Source: Eledone cirrhosa (Eukaryota). From it: DNA of 64,000 nucleotides. A model generated the notes under the pieces. The model worked only from the letters and a program-made list of their open reading frames with translations. It was not told where the DNA came from and made no database searches. Below are positions 42,893-57,360 of this stretch, in pieces (the stretch's first letter is position 1; every line of letters begins with the position of its first letter). The translations under genes and the position numbers were made by a program. The stretch lies in assembly GCA_964016885.1 (NCBI GenBank), contig OZ024763.1, forward strand, positions 7,936,001-8,000,000. The letters run 5' to 3'.

Positions 42893-45800
42893 CATAGTGT
42901 CATAGTGTTGTAGTGTCATAGTGTCATAGTGTTGTAGTGTCATAGTGTCGTAGTGTCATAGTGTCGTAGTGTCATAGTGTTGTAGTGTCATAGTGTCATA
43001 GTGTCGTAGTGTCATAGTGTCGTAGTGTCATAGTGTCATAGTGTTGTAGTGTCATAGTGTCATAGTGTTGTAGTGTCATAGTGTTGTAGTGTCATAGGGT
43101 CATAGTGTCATAGTGTTGTAGTGTCATAGTGTTGTAGTGTCATAGTGTTGTAGTGTCATAGTGTTGTAGTGTCATAGTGTTGTAGTGTCATAGTGTCATA
43201 GTGTTGTAGTGTCATAGTGTTGTAGTGTCATAGTGTCATAGTGTTGTAGTGTCATAGTGTTGTAGTGTCATAGTGTCATAGTGTTGTAGTGTCATAGTGT
43301 CGTAGTGTCATAGTGTCGTAGTGTCGTAGTGTCATAGTGTTGTAGTGTCATAGTGTCATAGTGTTGTAGTGTCATAGTGTTGTAGTGTCATAGTGTCATA
43401 GTGTTGTAGTGTCATAGTGTTGTAGTGTCATAGTGTCATAGTGTTGTAGTGTCATAGTGTCGTAGTGTCATAGTGTCGTAGTGTTGTAGTGTCATAGTGT
43501 TGTAGTGTCATAGTGTCATAGTGTTGTAGTGTCATAGTGTCATAGTGTTGTAGTGTCATAGTGTCATAGTGTTGTAGTGTCATAGTGTCATAGTGTTGTA
43601 GTGTCATAGTGTTGTAGTGTCATAGTGTCATAGTGTCATAGTGTTGTAGTGTCATAGTGTTGTAGTGTCATAGTGTCATAGTGTTGTAGTGTCATAGTGT
43701 TGTAGTGTCATAGTGTCATAGTGTTGTAGTGTCATAGTGTTGTAGTGTCATAGTGTCATAGTGTCATAGTGTTGTAGTGTCATAGTGTTGTAGTGTCATA
43801 GTGTCATAGTGTTGTAGTGTCATAGTGTTGTAGTGTCATAGTGTCATAGTGTTGTAGTGTCATAGTGTTGTAGTGTCATAGTGTCATAGTGTTGTAGTGT
43901 CATAGTGTTGTAGTGTCATAGGGTCATAGTGTTGTAGTGTCATAGTGTCATAGTGTTGTAGTGTCATAGTGTTGTAGTGTCATAGTGTCATAGTGTTGTA
44001 GTGTCATAGTGTTGTAGTGTCATAGTGTCATAGTGTTGTAGTGTCATAGTGTTGTAGTGTCATAGTGTCGTAGTGTCATAGTGTCATAGTGTTGTAGTGT
44101 CATAGTGTTGTAGTGTCATAGTGTCATAGTGTCATAGTGTTGTAGTGTCATAGTGTTGTAGTGTCATAGTGTCATAGTGTTGTAGTGTCATAGTGTTGTA
44201 GTGTCATAGTGTTGTAGTGTCATAGTGTTGTAGTGTCATAGTGTCATAGTGTCATAGTGTTGTAGTGTCATAGTGTTGTAGTGTCATAGTGTCATAGTGT
44301 TGTAGTGTCATAGTGTTGTAGTGTCATAGTGTCATAGTGTTGTAGTGTCATAGTGTTGTAGTGTCATAGTGTCATAGTGTTGTAGTGTCATAGTGTTGTA
44401 GTGTCATAGGGTCATAGTGTCATAGTGTTGTAGTGTCATAGTGTTGTAGTGTCATAGTGTCATAGTGTTGTAGTGTCATAGTGTTGTAGTGTCATAGTGT
44501 CATAGTGTTGTAGTGTTGTAGTGTCATAGTGTTGTAGTGTCATAGTGTCATAGTGTCGTAGTGTCATAGTGTCATAGTGTTGTAGTGTCATAGTGTTGTA
44601 GTGTCATAGTGTCATAGTGTTGTAGTGTCATAGTGTTGTAGTGTCATAGTGTCATAGTGTTGTAGTGTCATAGTGTCATAGTGTTGTAGTGTCATAGTGT
44701 CGTAGTGTCATAGTGTCGTAGTGTCATAGTGTTGTAGTGTCATAGTGTCATAGTGTTGTAGTGTCATAGTGTTGTAGTGTCATAGTGTCATAGTGTTGTA
44801 GTGTCATAGTGTCGTAGTGTCATAGTGTTGTAGTGTCATAGTGTCATAGTGTCATAGTGTCATAGTGTTGTAGTGTCATAGTGTTGTAGTGTCATAGTGT
44901 TGTAGTGTCATAGTGTTGTAGTGTCATAGTGTCATAGTGTTGTAGTGTCATAGTGTCATAGTGTTGTAGTGTCATAGTGTTGTAGTGTCATAGTGTCATA
45001 GTGTTGTAGTGTCATAGTGTCATAGTGTTGTAGTGTCATAGTGTCATAGTGTTGTAGTGTCATAGTGTCATAGTGTTGTAGTGTCATAGTGTTGTAGTGT
45101 CATAGTGTTGTAGTGTCATAGTGTTGTAGTGTCATAGTGTTGTAGTGTCATAGTGTCATAGTGTCGTAGTGTCATAGTGTTGTAGTGTCATAGTGTCATA
45201 GTGTCATAGTGTTGTAGTGTCATAGTGTTGTAGTGTCATAGTGTCATAGTGTCATAGTGTTGTAGTGTCATAGTGTTGTAGTGTCATAGTGTTGTAGTGT
45301 CATAGTGTCATAGTGTCATAGTGTTGTAGTGTCATAGTGTTGTAGTGTCATAGTGTTGTAGTGTCATAGTGTCATAGTGTTGTAGTGTCATAGTGTTGTA
45401 GTGTCATAGTGTTGTAGTGTCATAGTGTCATAGTGTTATAGTGTCATAGTGTCATAGTGTCATAGTGTTGTAGTGTCATAGTGTTGTAGTGTCATAGTGT
45501 CATAGTGTCATAGTGTTGTAGTGTCATAGTGTCATAGTGTCGTAGTGTTGTAGTGTCATAGTGTTGTAGTGTCATAGTGTCATAGTGTTGTAGTGTCATA
45601 GTGTTGTAGTGTCATAGTGTCATAGTGTTGTATTGTCATAGTGTCGTAGTGTCATAGTGTCATAGTGTTGTAGTGTCATAGTGTTGTAGTGTCATAGTGT
45701 CATAGTGTTGAAGTGTCATAGTGTCATAGTGTTGTAGTGTCATAGTGTTGTAGTGTCATAGTGTCATAGTGTTGTAGTGTCATAGTGTCGTAGTGTCATA

Positions 45801-46754
45801 GTGTCGTAGTGTCATAGTGTCGTAGTGTTGTAGTGTCATAGTGTCGTAGTGTCATAGTGTCGTAGTGTCATAGTGTCATAGTGTCATAGTGTCATAGTGT
45901 TGTAGTGTCATAGTGTTGTAGTGTCATAGTGTCATAGTGTTGTAGTGTCATAGTGTTGTAGTGTCATAGTGTCATAGTGTTGTAGTGTCATAGTGTTGTA
46001 GTGTCATAGTGTTGTAGTGTCATAGTGTTGTAGTGTCATAGTGTTGTAGTGTCATAGTGTTGTAGTGTCATAGTGTTGTAGTGTCATAGTGTTGTAGTGT
46101 CATAGTGTTGTAGTGTCATAGTGTTGTAGTGTCATAGTGTTGTAGTGTCATAGTGTCGTAGTGTCATAGTGTCGTAGTGTCATAGTGTCGTAGTGTCATA
46201 GTGTCGTAGTGTCATAGTGTCGTAGTGTCGTAGTGTCATAGTGTCGTAGTGTCATAGTGTCATAGTGTCATAGTGTCATAGTGTTGTAGTGCCATAGTGT
46301 TGTAGTGTCATAGTGTTGTAGTGTCATAGTGTTGTAGTGTCATAGTGTCATAGTGTCATAGTGTTGTAGTGTCATAGTGTCATAGTGTCATAGTGTTGTA
46401 GTGTCATAGTGTTGTAGTGTCATAGTGTCATAGTGTTGTAGTGTCATAGTGTTATAGTGTCATAGTGTCATAGTGTTGTAGTGTCATAGTGTTGTAGTGT
46501 CATAGTGTTGTAGTGTCATAGTGTTGTAGTGTCATAGTGTTGTAGTGTCATAGTGTTGTAGTGTCATAGTGTTGTAGTGTCATAGTGTTGTAGTGTCATA
46601 GTGTTGTAGTGTCATAGTGTTGTAGTGTCATAGTGTCATAGGGTCATAGTGTTGTAGTGTCATAGTGTTGTAGTGTCATAGTGTTGTAGTGTCATAGTGT
46701 CATAGTGTTGTAGTGTCATAGTGTCATAGTGTTGTAGTGTCATAGTGTTGTAGT
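42893..46754. repeat. 8-bp satellite, ~480 units of TAGTGTCA/TAGTGTTG/TAGTGTCG
   Basis: Direct inspection. Confidence 0.97.
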
Positions 46755-46784
46755 GAGAGAAATTGGGTAGACACAGACTGATGG

Positions 46785-46818
<34 letters not shown>

Positions 46819-47457
46819 GGTGGTCATGCTGATGATAGTGGTGATGGTGATGGTGATGATGATGATGGTGATGATGGTGATGATGGTAATGATATGATGA
46901 TGATGTATCTGTGTGTATATCATGTCTCATACACTGTTCATTTTCCTGACATTTATACATTATTCTATGTACTATACATGCACCTTTGATGAGTTGTAGT
47001 GCACCTGAGCACTGTACACAATAATTTTCATTATATTTATAACAATAGTGATGATGATGATGGTAATAGCGATAATTTTAATGATGATGATGATGATGAT
47101 GATGATAATCAACATTTAAAAAAAAAAAAACCAGCCCTTTATATTGTAGAACTAGAAAGTGGTTTCAGGCAGTTCCATGTGCAGGGTTGATTCCTGTTTT
47201 GTTAAGGATGTTTTCAATACAATATCCTTCTCTTCTCAAATAAATACATATGTTTCCGTCGTAGAACATACAGCAACCCCACTTTCTCTCTTCTCTACTC
47301 CCTAACAATATATTTCTAAACTGACACAATCAACAATTGTTATCGATTTTCTGTTCAATAAATAAAAGGTTTCATTTGACTTCGATTTGTTGAATTACAC
47401 AGAGGGGGGTTTTAGTTGTTGTTTTTTTTGTTTTTCTTTGCTATGTGTTTCTCTGTC

Positions 47458-47503
<46 letters not shown>

Positions 47504-47671
47504 TGTATGTGTGTGTGTGTTGAGTCTACTCTCTCTCTCTCTTTCTCTACATATATATATGTAAATTTATATATATATTTGTGCGTGTGTATATGTATAT
47601 ATATATATATATACAAGTGTCTACTGTCACTCTCTCGATACCAACACACACACACATATATATATATACAA

Positions 47672-47708
<37 letters not shown>

Positions 47709-47826
47709 CAAACACACACATATACACATATATATATATGCATACACATGTAAACACATCATACATATGATATATATACACAGATATATACAAATAGAAG
47801 CACATGTAAACACATACATACATGTG

Positions 47827-47859
<33 letters not shown>

Positions 47860-47971
47860 TGTATATATAAAACAATTATATTGTAACAAAAGGTGTATAT
47901 AAAGATAATATGACATGTCATTCCAAATGAAGTAATGGTTATTTTTATTTCTTTACTGTCTCCCTATATAC

Positions 47972-48348
<377 letters not shown>

Positions 48349-48433
48349 AAAGGTAAACAGAAATAACAACACAATCGGTACAGTATATGGAAGGGATATA
48401 TATTAGGTTAATGCTTGAAATAGCAGGAAGAGG

Positions 48434-48470
48434 GTCTTAACGTTTCGGACGCTAGTCCTTCATCAGAAGA
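48434..48470 (-). ncRNA. Minimal hammerhead ribozyme motif (Penelope-like pLTR remnant)
   Basis: The minus strand reads TCTT-CTGATGA-A-GGA-CTAGCG-TCC-GAA-ACGT-T-AAGA. This has the core boxes, stem I, stem II and a palindromic stem III. Confidence 0.65.
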
Positions 48471-49428
48471 AAGAATGAGAAATAAGATAGATTGAAGGAA
48501 CGGGCGGGGTGGAATTGGAAAACATGTCTTTAGATAAAAATAACAGGTCCATTCATGTTGACATCTCTTGGAAAACTTGATTCTGGCAACAAAATTGTTG
48601 GCCTTGTGCTTAAATCTGAAATCATTATTATTTAATTATCTATATATATCTTTCTTTATTATTTACACTGTTGCGACTCCAGTGGCCAATAAAGGAAGAT
48701 TTATTTGTTTATTTTATCGTTTATTTGTTTATTTCCACCAATTTGTTCTTCCTAATTAAAACATTTACAACCAAGTTTCTAACTAGGTGGGGAGGAGGCA
48801 GGGGGTGAGAGGGGAGAGGGGGGGGGGGCGAGAGAGGGAGGAGTTGAAGGCATCATTAAATGTGAGAGATCTATGATGTCACTTGGATGGTGGTAGTGGA
48901 GGTGGTGGTGGTGGTGGTGGTGGTGGTAGTGGTGGTGGTTGTGGAGGTGATATCGGTGCAGGAGGTAGTGGTGGTAATGGAGGTGGTGTTGGTGGAGGTG
49001 ATAGCAGTAGTGCTGTTAGTGGTAGTGGTGGTGGCGTTGGTGTTGGTGTTGGTGGAGGTAGTGGTGGAGGAGGTGGTGTTGTTGTTGGCAGTGCTGGTGG
49101 TGGTGGTGTTGGTGGAGGTGATAATAGTAGTGGTGTTGGTGGAGGTAGTAGTGGCGGAGGTGGTGTTGGTGGAGGTAGTGATGGTAGTGAAGGAGGTGGT
49201 GTTGGTGGAGGTAGTGATGGTAGTGGAGGAGGTGGTGTTGGTGGAGGTAGTGGAGGAGGTGGGGTTTATGACAATGTTATTCTCAGAGTTGATGTAATGT
49301 TTAGACAACTAATGAAAGACTAAAGTTACACAATTAGAAGCTAATTCTATAAATTACATGGTCCCCCACAGGATCTTTTACTGCTAATTGAAATCTTCTC
49401 ACTGTGTGTATATATATATAAACATATA

Positions 49429-49484
<56 letters not shown>

Positions 49485-49492
49485 AACATATA

Positions 49493-49554
<62 letters not shown>

Positions 49555-49582
49555 TTATGTGATAAACAACATATCCATGATA

Positions 49583-49652
<70 letters not shown>

Positions 49653-49861
49653 AGTAAGGGGTTAACTAAACAAGGATGTGCAGATTTTAATAAAACCAAA
49701 TGAATATGGCCTCAAATTTTTATTGATATATGTATATATATATATTTTCATTTCTCTGTCTCTCTCTGTATGTGTATATATATATATAATTCAAATTTAA
49801 AGAAATGTGTATATAGAGAAGAAGCACAAGTATCGTACATAATATATATGTTCTGATACCT

Positions 49862-49892
<31 letters not shown>

Positions 49893-50021
49893 ATATATAT
49901 ATATATTACTGCTCTGTAAAGCAACTGATGTTCCTACATTGAGCTATTTATCTTCTGCCTTCTCTGTTTATAGTTGTTTATAGTTTAAAATATACATAGC
50001 TATAAATAGTATCCTTAATAT

Positions 50022-50137
<116 letters not shown>

Positions 50138-50309
50138 TGAGTTCTGGGTTCAATCACAGGTAACAACAGTAAGTAACGTACTCAATACATTAGTAGAGTG
50201 TTTCCTTCGAATGAAACGGTACGTTTTTTATTTTTACTTGTCTCAGTCATGGGATTGTGGCCATGCTGGGGCATCGCTTTCAAGAGATACTTTAGCCCAG
50301 AGGTTATCA

Positions 50310-50578
50310 GACTCTCTGATCTCTGAGCTACAAATCTGTCCAGTGATTCTTTCCTGAGACATTCTAACCACATGTCCATAGTATCAGAGCTGTGATCTCT
50401 CAATTCAGAGAAGTAGCAGCTCTACCTGGAGTGACTCTCTCATCTCTGAGTTACAAATCTGTCCAGTGATTCTTTCCTGAGACATTCTAACCACATGTCC
50501 ATAGTATCAGAGCTGTGATCTCTCAATTCAGAGAAGTAGCAGCTCTACCTGGAGAGACTCACTGATCTCTGAGCTACA
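50310..50578. repeat. 123-bp tandem duplication (2.2 copies)
   Basis: CTCTGAG(C/T)TACA starts at 50321, 50444 and 50567. Confidence 0.9.
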
Positions 50579-50752
50579 CACTCTATCAAGTAACGTTACT
50601 CCAAAGACCCTTCAGAAGAACCCCATTTCGGTCGCTTGTATTCGCGAATTATTCAACTATTATTTATAGTTATCAACTATTATTATAGTTATCTGCATTG
50701 TGGCGACTATTTTTTCATTTAATATATTTTTTTCACTCCTTTCACCCGACAG

Positions 50753-50924
50753 GTTCACCGAGCTTGGAATGTCGTTGTCGATGGCAACAGCAGTCTACCT
50801 TATCATCTCTTACAAATGTCGCACATCGGCCAATAGGAAACCTCGATACAGAGTCTTCGAGAATGGTGCAGCGATGGCAGCAGCAGCAGCAGTGGGGGGA
50901 GGGGAGAGAAAGACAGTCACATGA
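50753..50924 (+). CDS. Terminal coding exon of the PRRT3/4-like gene
   Basis: A strong pyrimidine tract precedes CAG. The phase-2 join gives FQTFYR-FTELGMSLSMATAVYLIISYKCR...KTVT*, completing TM7. It is an island of non-repetitive, CpG-containing sequence. Confidence 0.78.
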
Positions 50925-51736
50925 CCTGTCACATGACAGAAGCATCTAGAGAAGATGGTGCACATTTTATTAACATGTGGGCCTCGCACATACACACACA
51001 TGGTAGCCACATGTTCACATATATACATAGATGCACATGCAATGCACGTATGCACATAAATATATCTGCATATGCATACAGATGCACATATACACATACA
51101 TGTATATAGACGTGTGTGCACATGTAATATAAATGCACACAGATGTACATGTGCATACACATGTACACATACACATGTATATATACTCATAGAAATACAT
51201 ATGTACACATACATACACACATACATGTACACATACACACACAAATATATATATATACCTACACATACGCCCATACGTGTACACATACATATACATACAC
51301 ACACAAATGTATGTTCACATGCAGAGACACACACACACACATGTATGTTCACATGCAATACAGACACACACATATATACACGTAGGCGCACACACACACT
51401 CATGCACAGGTACATACACCCTTCCACACAGACACATACCTGCATACATACACACACAGATATACACATACACTCACATACAAACTCATACATGTTCAAG
51501 TCCCACTCACACATCACGAGAGCAGGCATGTCTTCTACCTTATAAGGGCAATTGTGTCCTAGACAGTTACTATGACGACCCAGTCAAGCATGACCCTGTG
51601 ACCTCAAATATTTGCATATTTCTTTGGGGTTTTTTCAGAGAGGTGGGTGGTGAGGTGCAGCCTGGTCATGTGTGCCCCATTACAAGTGGCCTAGTGCTTA
51701 GGGTGTGTGTCTCACAATCCCATGGTGATGGGTTCA

Positions 51737-51946
51737 ATTTCTGAATAGATATTTGGCTGCTATTTCTAGCAGATCTATATTGACCTCGAATTTCTGAATA
51801 GATATTTGGCTGCTATTTCTAGCAGATCTATATTGACCTCGAATTTCTGAATAGATATTTGGCTGCTATTTCTAGCAGGTCTATATTGACCTCGAATTTC
51901 TGAATAGATATTTGGCTGCTATTTCTAGCAGGTCTATATTGACCTC
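51737..51946. repeat. 53-bp tandem repeat, 4 copies
   Basis: Unit is AATTTCTGAATAGATATTTGGCTGCTATTTCTAGCAG(A/G)TCTATATTGACCTCG. Confidence 0.92.
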
Positions 51947-51952
51947 ATAGAG

Positions 51953-52300
51953 CAGAGGTTCTCAAAATGGCCGCTAATGCATCCTTTCCCCCGGGGGGTG
52001 GGGAGTGTTGAGAAGGTCCAGGGGGGCGCTGGAGGCCTCAGGGGGTGGTAGAGATGATATAATAGTATATCAAATATCAAATAATACATATATATAAATA
52101 TAATGAAATATAAAATATATATTTATTTATACATAGTATATATTATATTATTTATTATATATAAATTAACAATTTTATTTATTATATATTATTTACAATC
52201 TGCTTGAAGGCAAGTCTCTCTGGAAATAGGGTGGGGGGGGGCTGATGGTATTATGTGGCCGTGAGAGGACTAGTGGTCCCAAAAAGTTTCAGAATCTCTG
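51953..52300. mobile_element. hAT (Charlie-like) MITE
   Basis: Ends are CAGAGGTTCTCAAA and TTTCAGAATCTCTG. The flanks TCATAGAG and GTCTAGAG resemble a decayed 8-bp TSD. Confidence 0.6.
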
Positions 52301-53001
52301 GTCTAGAGGGAGGGACAGTGCTCATTGTTGTCAGTGAACCTTAGAGGAGCTGAGGTCATTATAGTACTAGTAGTTGGGAGTGGACACATCATGAAGGGGG
52401 GGGGGGAGATGAGTTAGGAGTGTCAGTGTGTAGGTGGTGTTAGAACAGCCAGGGTGAGGAGCAGAGGCCATTATAGTTGTAGTTGGGAGTGGACATATCA
52501 TGAAGGGGGAGAGATGAGTTAGGAGTGTCAGAATGTGGACAAGGCTGACCACTTGAATTACAGGTACAGTAGTCCATCCGGCAGGCATCCACACAGTCTC
52601 TGCCAGCCTAATTTAACTCACAAAAAGACTTGGGTCTATCCAATGCTATTGTTAACAACACTTTCCTAAGATACCCTGGTGTGGCATTGAACCTGGGACC
52701 TCATGATTACAGAGCTAGCATCTTCACCATTCAGCCATGCTACACCCACTATCATCATACATCGCTATGGAAACAGCTTGTATCATTTTTTTTTTCAAAT
52801 TATTATTTAATGTTTTTCATTATAAACGTTTAAACGTGAAATAAATTAAGTTCTTTCTTTTTGTTTGTTGTTGATTTATTTTCTGTTGTTTTTGTAATAT
52901 TTTGTTGTTTATTTTTTTCCTCCATTCAACTCCGACAGCCTCTACTGTGCTGGGATGCTGTGCTGTGTTTTTATTGAAGAATTGGTATTTATTATATTTA
53001 A

Positions 53002-53209
53002 CCCTTTAACATTTACATTACTCTATATATACTATTATATTTCCACGGTAAAGTCTTTACCTCACATAACATCGAATCTATGAGATTTTGATATTATTTA
53101 TTTTGAGAATAATACCTCAACATCAGTATGAGTGGCTGGTTACAGCCGGTTTGAACAGAAAGAGGTGAAAGAATTCTGACCGGATATGGCCGGTTTAAAT
53201 GTTAAAGGG
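53002..53209. mobile_element. piggyBac-type MITE
   Basis: TTAA|CCCTTTAACATTTA ... TAAATGTTAAAGGG|TTAA. Partial relatives lie at ~34857-34980 and ~19683-19790. Confidence 0.75.
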
Positions 53210-53657
53210 TTAATGGGGGAGAACTCTGTACATATATCATAAAAATAAAACATATGTATCATGTCACAACCACTTTATGCTAAATTTTTCTGGAAAATTT
53301 GAGTATGTGCTTTGATATCTTCTCTCTTTCTCATACACAGTGTTGACAATACGTTCAGCGGCAAAACACCAGATATCCCTAGCTACCTACCTATATATCT
53401 ATCTACATAATTTAGTCTAGAAGCTGATATTGTTTATTATCATAACTCTATATATTCCGTAAGTATGATTGATACAGAGATGGATAAAAAAAAAATATAT
53501 ATATATATATATTGAATAAAAAGTTTGAAAGAGGTGCCCAGCGTGGTCGTTGTTAATATAAGCGAGTGAAAACAAATTCGCGCTCACACACAATTGAAAC
53601 TATCTCATCTAATGTAAGGGAGAGAACTCCAAGTCTTAAGGAGTGTTGTTGACGATA

Positions 53658-53772
53658 TAATTGTTTCTACTTTTGGCACAAGGCCAGCAATTATCTCAGT
53701 GCATTACTGGTACTTTATTTTATCGACCCCGTAAGGATGGGGGCAAAGTCAACCTCGGCGGGATTTGAACTC
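53658..53772 (-). mobile_element. Nin/Deu-type SINE fragment
   Basis: Same core and tail as 126-320. GACGATATAAT occurs on both sides (53651 and 53773), a possible TSD. Confidence 0.75.
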
Positions 53773-53853
53773 GACGATATAATATCATTGCGTTTATATT
53801 AGGATATGGATGTTGATAGCCTCTTAAATAGATGTAAGTAAATAATTGTTTCT

Positions 53854-53971
53854 AAGTGCGCATGCGCGATGGCCGGACCGAAGTGCGCATGTGCGATGGC
53901 CGGACCGAAGTGCGCATGCGCGATGGCTGGACCGAAGCGCGCATGCGTGAAGGTCGCACCGAAATGTGCAT
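53854..53971. repeat. 27-bp CpG-rich tandem repeat, ~4 copies
   Basis: Unit is AAGTGCGCATGCGCGATGGCCGGACCG. Confidence 0.9.
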
Positions 53972-54140
53972 ATATATATATGAAATATAACACGTACATA
54001 CATATATATATACATAAATAAATTTAGAAATATATATATATATATTTATATATATATTTATATATATATTTATATATATATTTATATATATATTTATATA
54101 TATATTTATATATTTATATATATATATATATATATATATA

Positions 54141-54321
54141 GTTTTAATATAGATGAGAATCTACAGGACTAGAACTGTTTCATTCTTTAGAAATCATCAG
54201 GAATCTGGTACCCAGATTCCTGACAGTCCTGTAGATTCTCATCTATATTAAAACTTTTATACTCTGCTATGTATTGAGTACCTTACTTACTGTGGTTACC
54301 TCCGATTCAACCCGGAATAAC

Positions 54322-54322
<1 letters not shown>
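54141..54322. mobile_element. Penelope-like terminal remnant with inverted repeat and degenerate hammerhead motif
   Basis: GTTTTAATATAGATGAGAATCTACAGGACT is mirrored at 54225-54254. The minus strand has CTGATGA-TTTCTAAAGAAT-GAAAC. It contains the TATTGAGTAC motif and is embedded in (TA)n. Confidence 0.55.
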
Positions 54323-54385
<63 letters not shown>

Positions 54386-54659
54386 AAGTAAGACAGATAA
54401 ACATAAATAGATAAAAACATGTATATTATAGAGACACTTGTTTAGAAACAGAAACTAAGAGATTATATATATTGACAGGAGAGAGAGAGAGGGGGGTGAG
54501 GCGGGACGAGGGGGGACAAGGAGCCGAGGGGAAGGGCTGGGGGTGCAGGTGATGACAGGGCTGAAGTGTTTAAGGTAACATTCTAAACGATGATGTTTGG
54601 AGATTTTTTTTTTGTTTTTCAATAAAAAGGAATCCTATATATTGGGAAGGAAGCAAAGA

Positions 54660-56985
54660 GGAGGGTGGTGGTGGTGGAGGTGATGGTGGTGGTGGTGGTG
54701 GTGGTGAGGGTGGTGGTGATAGTGGTGGTGGTGAGGGTGGTGGTGGTGATGGTGGTGATGGTGGTGATGATGGTGGTGATGGTGGTGGTGGTGGTGGTGG
54801 TGGTGGTGATGGTGATGATGGTGGTGGTGGTGGTGGTGATGGTGTTGATGGTGGTGGTGATGGTGGTGACAATGGTGAGGGTGGTGGTGATGATGGTGGT
54901 GGTGGCTGTGGTGTTGGTTTAGGCAGTGGTGAGAGTGATTGTAACAGTAGTATGGTGGCGATGGTGGCGATGGTGATAGCGCTGATGATGATGGTGGTGG
55001 TGGAGGTTGTAGTGATGGTGGTGGTGATGGAGACAGTGGTGGTGGTGATGATGATGGTAATAGTGGTAGTGGTGGTGACGGTAGTGGTGATGGTGGTGGT
55101 AGTGATGATAGTGATGGTGGTGATGATGATAGTGATGGTGGTGGTGGTGGTGGTGGTGGTGGTGGTGGTGGTGGTGGTAATTCTAAACATGTAATATCTG
55201 TATCTCTATTGAACCATTGTGGAAACAGTTATGGTAGATGAGGGCGAGAGTGAGAGGAGAAGAAGATGGAGGGTGGAGAGGAGAGGAGAGGGGTGCGGGG
55301 TGTGGGGGTTACCGATGACAAGTTCAATAATCAATATACAAGAATACAGACGAAGATTATTTGATAATAGAATTATTTCTTTGTTATATTTTATACTATA
55401 ATTTTCTCCATATTTCTTCTACAAGTTTCTAATACATCTGTCAACACACCACCACCACCACCACCACCACCCCCATCACCATCACCACCATCACCACCAC
55501 CACCACCACCACCACCACCATCATCACCACCATCATCACCATCACCACCACCACCATCACCACCACCACTACCACCACCACCACCACCACCACCACCATC
55601 ACCACCACCACCACCATCACCACCACCACCACCATCACCACCACCACCACCATCACCACCACCACCACCATCACCATCACCATCACCACCATCAACACCA
55701 TCACCATCACTACCACCATCACCACCACCACCATCACCACCACCATCACCACCACCACCACCACCACCATCAACACCATCACCATCACTACCACCACCAC
55801 CACCACCACCACCACCACCACCACCACCACCACCATCACCATCACCATCTGTCAACACAACTCTTCCACAAATATTTTATCTCACCATTTCCAATATTTC
55901 CCATTAGATACCATCGGCTCCAATAATAATAATTGTTTCTACTTTTGGCACAAGGTCAGCAATTTTTTTTGTCACATTAGACTACAACCATTTTACCTTC
56001 ACACCACACTACACTACACCCCCATACCACCACACCCCCATACCACCACATCACCATACCACCACACCACAATACCATCACACCACCACACCACCACACC
56101 ACCATACCATCACACCACAATACCATCACACCACACCACCACACCATACCATACCATCACACCACACCGCCACACCGCCATACCACCACACCACACCATC
56201 ACACCACACCACAACCATTCTACCATCACAACCAGCAATATAATAAATATAACATTACAGCAGCACTTATGATTAGTTCCTTTAACTGTACAACAACAAC
56301 AATAACAACAGTAACAACACCACCAACAACAACAACAACAGCAACACTAACAGTAACAACAACAACAACAACAACAGTAACAACAACAACAACAACAACA
56401 GTGGAAAAAGATAATTTGTGTTCCATTTCATCAGTTTCCTTCTAATTAAATTCTCAGATTCCATCCAGAAACATCACCACCATCACTACCACCACCACAA
56501 TCACCATTACCATCACCACCACAATCACCACCACCACAATCACCACCATCACTACCACCACCACAATCACCACTACCACCATCACCACCACCATTCCCAC
56601 CACCACCATCACCACCACCACCACCACCACCATCATCACCACCACCACCACTACCACTACCACCACCACTACCACCAACACCAACACCACCAACACCACC
56701 ACCACCACCACCACCACCATCACCACCACCACCATCACCACCACCACAATCACCACCACCACCACCATCACCACCACCATCACCATCATCATCATTATCA
56801 TCATTGTCACCACCACCACCATCATCATCATACAAAAGCAAAAGTGTATTGATTCACCATCAACAGTTAATGTAATCTGACATACACCACCACCACCACC
56901 ACTACCATCATCATCATTATCATCATTGTCACCACCACCACCACCATCATCATCACTACCATCATCATCACCATTGTCACTCTCT
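54660..56985. repeat. GGT, CAC and CAA trinucleotide tracts
   Basis: Direct inspection. Confidence 0.9.
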
Positions 56986-57204
56986 CACTTTCTCTCTCTC
57001 CTTTCTTCTTCCAATTTGTTTATTATTGTTCTCTTTCTTTTTCTTTCTTTGTCTTCCAGTTTCCCTCTCTCTACATCCTCCTACACTCCACTCACCCTCC
57101 ACCTCCTACACTCCACTCACCCTCCACCTCCTACACTCCACTCACCCTCCACCTCCTACCTCCACCCACCCCTTCCACTCACCCTATAGATCAATTGATT
57201 GATT

Positions 57205-57360
57205 TCTTAATGGATTGACATAACCGGTAGAGCGTCGGGACAAACTACTTTGAGGTATTTTAATTATGATTTATTACATTCTGAGTTCAAATCCCACCGG
57301 GGTCAACTTTACCTTTCATCCTTCTAAAGTCCAATAAAATAAAGTACCAGTCATGTATGA
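57205..57360 (+). mobile_element. Nin/Deu-type SINE (diverged)
   Basis: GAGTTCAAATCCCACCGGGGTCAACTTTACCTTTCATCC...AAAATAAAGTACCAG. Confidence 0.7.
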
